Positions 7,371 through 8,390 of a DNA stretch of 8,390 nucleotides are shown piece by piece (the stretch's first letter is position 1; each line of letters begins with the position of its first letter). The position numbers were made by a program, and so were the translations under genes. This stretch comes from an uncultured Muribaculaceae bacterium (lineage in GTDB: Bacteria; Bacillota_I; Bacilli_A; RF39; UBA660), in NCBI GenBank assembly GCA_964443805.1, contig CAYUEQ010000042.1, forward strand, positions 1 through 8,390, read 5' to 3'. The notes beneath the pieces are model-generated. The model did not search any database and was not told where the DNA came from. It was given only the letters and a program-made list of their open reading frames with translations.

Positions 7371-7424
7371 ACAATTACTTTTGTAAAAATATCAATTTGA
7401 TAATATACTTACAAAAATAATTGT
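7371..7424 (-). other. 54-nt imperfect hairpin filling the gap between the 67-aa ORF and the RT gene
   Basis: ACAATTACTTTTGTAA (7371-7386) is the reverse complement of TTACAAAAATAATTGT (7409-7424) with one mismatch. Inside the loop is a nested 5-bp stem TATCA/TGATA (7390-7394 with 7398-7402). On the minus strand only UUUGUG follows the stem. Confidence 0.55.
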
Positions 7425-7427
7425 TAA

Positions 7428-7631
7428 TTATTTAGTATGTTTTTTTATTCTCTTAGTAATTTGTTTGAATACTTGGTACCCGAAACAAACAAATACTAAG
7501 ATTTTAACGTTTAATTTTACATTAAAGTCTAGTGAAAAATCAAAACCGATACTAGCATTAAGTGTCAGTCCTAAAGATAAAGTTATCAGATATTTATAAT
7601 CGTGTATAAATTCTTTTAATTTGGATACCAT
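7428..7631 (-). CDS. Small hydrophobic protein (one or two membrane segments, basic C-terminal tail), first gene of the RT operon
   Basis: 67-aa ORF. A strong AAGGAGG lies 9 nt upstream of the ATG. Hydrophobic stretches are YLITLSLGLTLNASIGF (aa 14-30) and KILVFVCFGYQVF (aa 42-55). The tail is KQITKRIKKHTK. It is on the same strand as the RT and 73 nt upstream of it. Confidence 0.58.
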   Translation of the reverse strand: MVSKLKEFIHDYKYLITLSLGLTLNASIGFDFSLDFNVKLNVKILVFVCFGYQVFKQITKRIKKHTK

Positions 7632-7640
7632 TATGATATA

Positions 7641-7962
7641 CCTCCTTCTTTGTAATTTTGGACACTTTAGCTTTATTCCGCGGATAAAACCTAGTGCGCC
7701 CCATATTCCAAATCACAGGAGATACTATGCTAGACACTTAATATATAATTAACAATTTCCTGCCCCATACTTAATTGATATAGAGCTTGATTATACTTTT
7801 TCAATAAACAGTATAACTTACATCATTATTAATTATAATAATATAGTATGTATTGGTTAGAAAACTACTGCCGTCAAAAAGTATTGCGAAGATATAATCT
7901 TCTCGCTAATAAATTAGCCATACATGGAGCTTTGGCATAATGCCTTGAGCACCTTTAGAACT
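7641..7962 (-). ncRNA. Candidate structured non-coding leader of the RT operon (possible retron msr-msd-like ncRNA; boundaries uncertain)
   Basis: ~320 nt with no plausible ORF on either strand and visibly higher G+C than its surroundings (about 44% by my count over 7661-7730). A promoter-like element lies just upstream on the minus strand. Local hairpins: GGCA-taa-TGCC (7934-7944), GCTAA-taaa-TTAGC (7905-7918), GCGAAGAT-ata-ATCTT(ct)CGC (7886-7906), and an 11-bp bulged stem 7742-7752 with 7771-7782. I could not identify a convincing a1/a2 pairing. Confidence 0.35.
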
Positions 7963-7968
7963 AGTAAA

Positions 7969-7997
7969 ATCATATCATAAAAATTTATTTTCGACAA
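7969..7997 (-). promoter_or_regulatory. Candidate sigma-A-type promoter for the ncRNA/67-aa/RT transcription unit
   Basis: Read on the minus strand: -35 TTGTCG (7997-7992), 17-nt spacer, TGa-extended -10 TATGAT (7974-7969). The predicted start is near 7962. An alternative internal perfect TATAAT lies at 7795-7790 (minus strand). Confidence 0.4.
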
Positions 7998-8003
7998 ATA
8001 TTT

Positions 8004-8039
8004 AAAAAAGGTTACTAAACAATATTAGTTACCTTTTTT
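8004..8039. terminator. Bidirectional intrinsic terminator (A-tract, stem-loop, T-tract)
   Basis: AAAAAA (8004-8009). GGTTACTAA (8010-8018) pairs with TTAGTTACC (8025-8033) at 8 of 9 positions, loop ACAATA. TTTTTT follows (8034-8039). It insulates the RT module from the rightmost gene. Confidence 0.6.
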
Positions 8040-8140
8040 CTTTCTTTAAATAAGTCATTAAATAGATTATATCAAACTTAATTTTTTTTTAAAAAAACAA
8101 AACTATTTTATTTTTTTTTCTGTTTGATTCATAAATACTA

Positions 8141-8178
8141 ATCTGTTTTATCTTCAATATTTTTATATTAAAACAGAT
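8141..8178. other. Perfect 10-bp inverted repeat just downstream of the rightmost minus-strand gene
   Basis: ATCTGTTTTA (8141-8150) and TAAAACAGAT (8169-8178), with an 18-nt loop. On the plus strand it is followed by GTATTTTTTT; on the minus strand only by UAGUAUUUAU. It may be a weak terminator for the minus-strand gene. Confidence 0.35.
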
Positions 8179-8186
8179 GTATTTTT

Positions 8187-8390
8187 TTAATTATCATTAT
8201 TTGTTCCTTCAGGTGTTACTTCTGGAGGTAAAAATGTTTCACTTTCTTTATCTTCTGGAGTTTCTTCTTCCTCTTCATCTTCTTTTTCAATTGGCTCTAA
8301 CGTCTTAGGTTTTTCTTTTACTTCTTCATCATTTATAGGAGTATCCACTTTATCTTCAACTTCTGTTTTTTGTTTTCTACTTGTATCTAC
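8187..8390 (-). CDS. 3' end of a minus-strand gene running off the window; acidic, low-complexity C-terminal tail
   Basis: Not in the supplied ORF track because it is partial. My own translation of the reverse complement in the frame of 8390 gives 67 sense codons: VDTSRKQKTEVEDKVDTPINDEEVKEKPKTLEPIEKEDEEEEETPEDKESETFLPPEVTPEGTNNDN, then TAA (8189-8187). The purine-rich codon bias is consistent, but no domain is recognisable. Confidence 0.45.
   Translation of the reverse strand, partial: VDTSRKQKTEVEDKVDTPINDEEVKEKPKTLEPIEKEDEEEEETPEDKESETFLPPEVTPEGTNNDN

Noticed and set aside
7681-7695. Near-palindrome around CCGCGG (GATAA...TTATC context) as an operator or hairpin
   Set aside because: It has no loop, so it cannot form an RNA hairpin. 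It is a short imperfect palindrome with no second copy, and I cannot tie it to any binding protein.
7825-7842. ATTATTA-atta-TAATAAT hairpin as an msd stem
   Set aside because: It is a 7-bp all-AT stem with no extension and is indistinguishable from background in this composition.
7901-7911. Minus-strand TTAGCGAGAAG resembling the Ec86 msr branching-G context (UUAGCGAGAGG)
   Set aside because: The resemblance is about 10 nt and recalled from memory. The expected complementary a2 of the preceding bases is not found downstream; the best match is 6 bp, AATAAA/TTTATT. It is not enough to call a branch point.
7661-7960. Direct repeats CTAAAG(G)TG (minus strand; 7662-7670 and 7950-7958) flanking the leader as target-site duplications of an inserted element
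   Set aside because: There are only 6 contiguous identical bases plus a shifted GTG, and no terminal inverted repeats or transposase. This is compatible with chance.
7631-7980. 9-bp inverted repeat TTATGATAT / ATATCATAA (7631-7639 and 7972-7980) as the retron a1/a2 closing stem
   Set aside because: It is pure AT and only 9 bp, so chance occurrence is likely in this composition. One arm overlaps the predicted -10 and the other overlaps the mini-ORF start codon, so it would not bound a discrete ncRNA sensibly.
8081-8120. T9/A7 and T-rich homopolymer tracts as phase-variation or slippage sites
   Set aside because: They are intergenic, not inside or immediately upstream of any ORF start, and homopolymer runs are common in AT-rich spacers.
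1-8390. CRISPR arrays, rRNA genes, transposases/IS elements, integrases
   Set aside because: I scanned both strands and found no regularly spaced repeats of 25-40 nt, no rRNA-like conserved blocks, and no ORF with recombinase or DDE-type motifs.

Overview
Very AT-rich, Firmicutes-like window (standard genetic code; a lipoteichoic-acid synthase gene is present). The left 2.7 kb is ordinary housekeeping: an LtaS-family gene translationally coupled to a membrane-anchored hypothetical gene, then an intact tRNA-Lys(CTT) at 2789-2864. The rest looks like an accessory or defence hotspot attached to that tRNA. (1) The last 46 nt of the tRNA recur at 6311-6356 (35 nt identical, then 8 of 11). This is a classic attL/attR signature bracketing a ~3.45 kb islet that has no integrase. 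The islet carries an 831-aa fusion of an N-terminal PHP phosphoesterase domain to a split ABC/SMC-type ATPase with a ~370-aa coiled-coil-like insert. It also carries an overlapping 81-aa acidic ORF and a 66-aa zinc-ribbon ORF. (2) Directly beyond the attR-like copy, on the minus strand, lies a retron-type reverse transcriptase (NAxxH, YVDD and xTG motifs). Upstream of it are a 67-aa hydrophobic mini-protein and a ~320-nt non-coding leader that is conspicuously G+C-enriched and hairpin-rich, with its own promoter-like element. I read this as a retron-like defence module with an atypical gene order and an unresolved ncRNA. The window ends with a bidirectional terminator and the 3' end of a minus-strand gene encoding an acidic low-complexity tail. 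No CRISPR array, rRNA, transposase or integrase is visible. All functional calls rest on motifs read by eye; no database search was possible.
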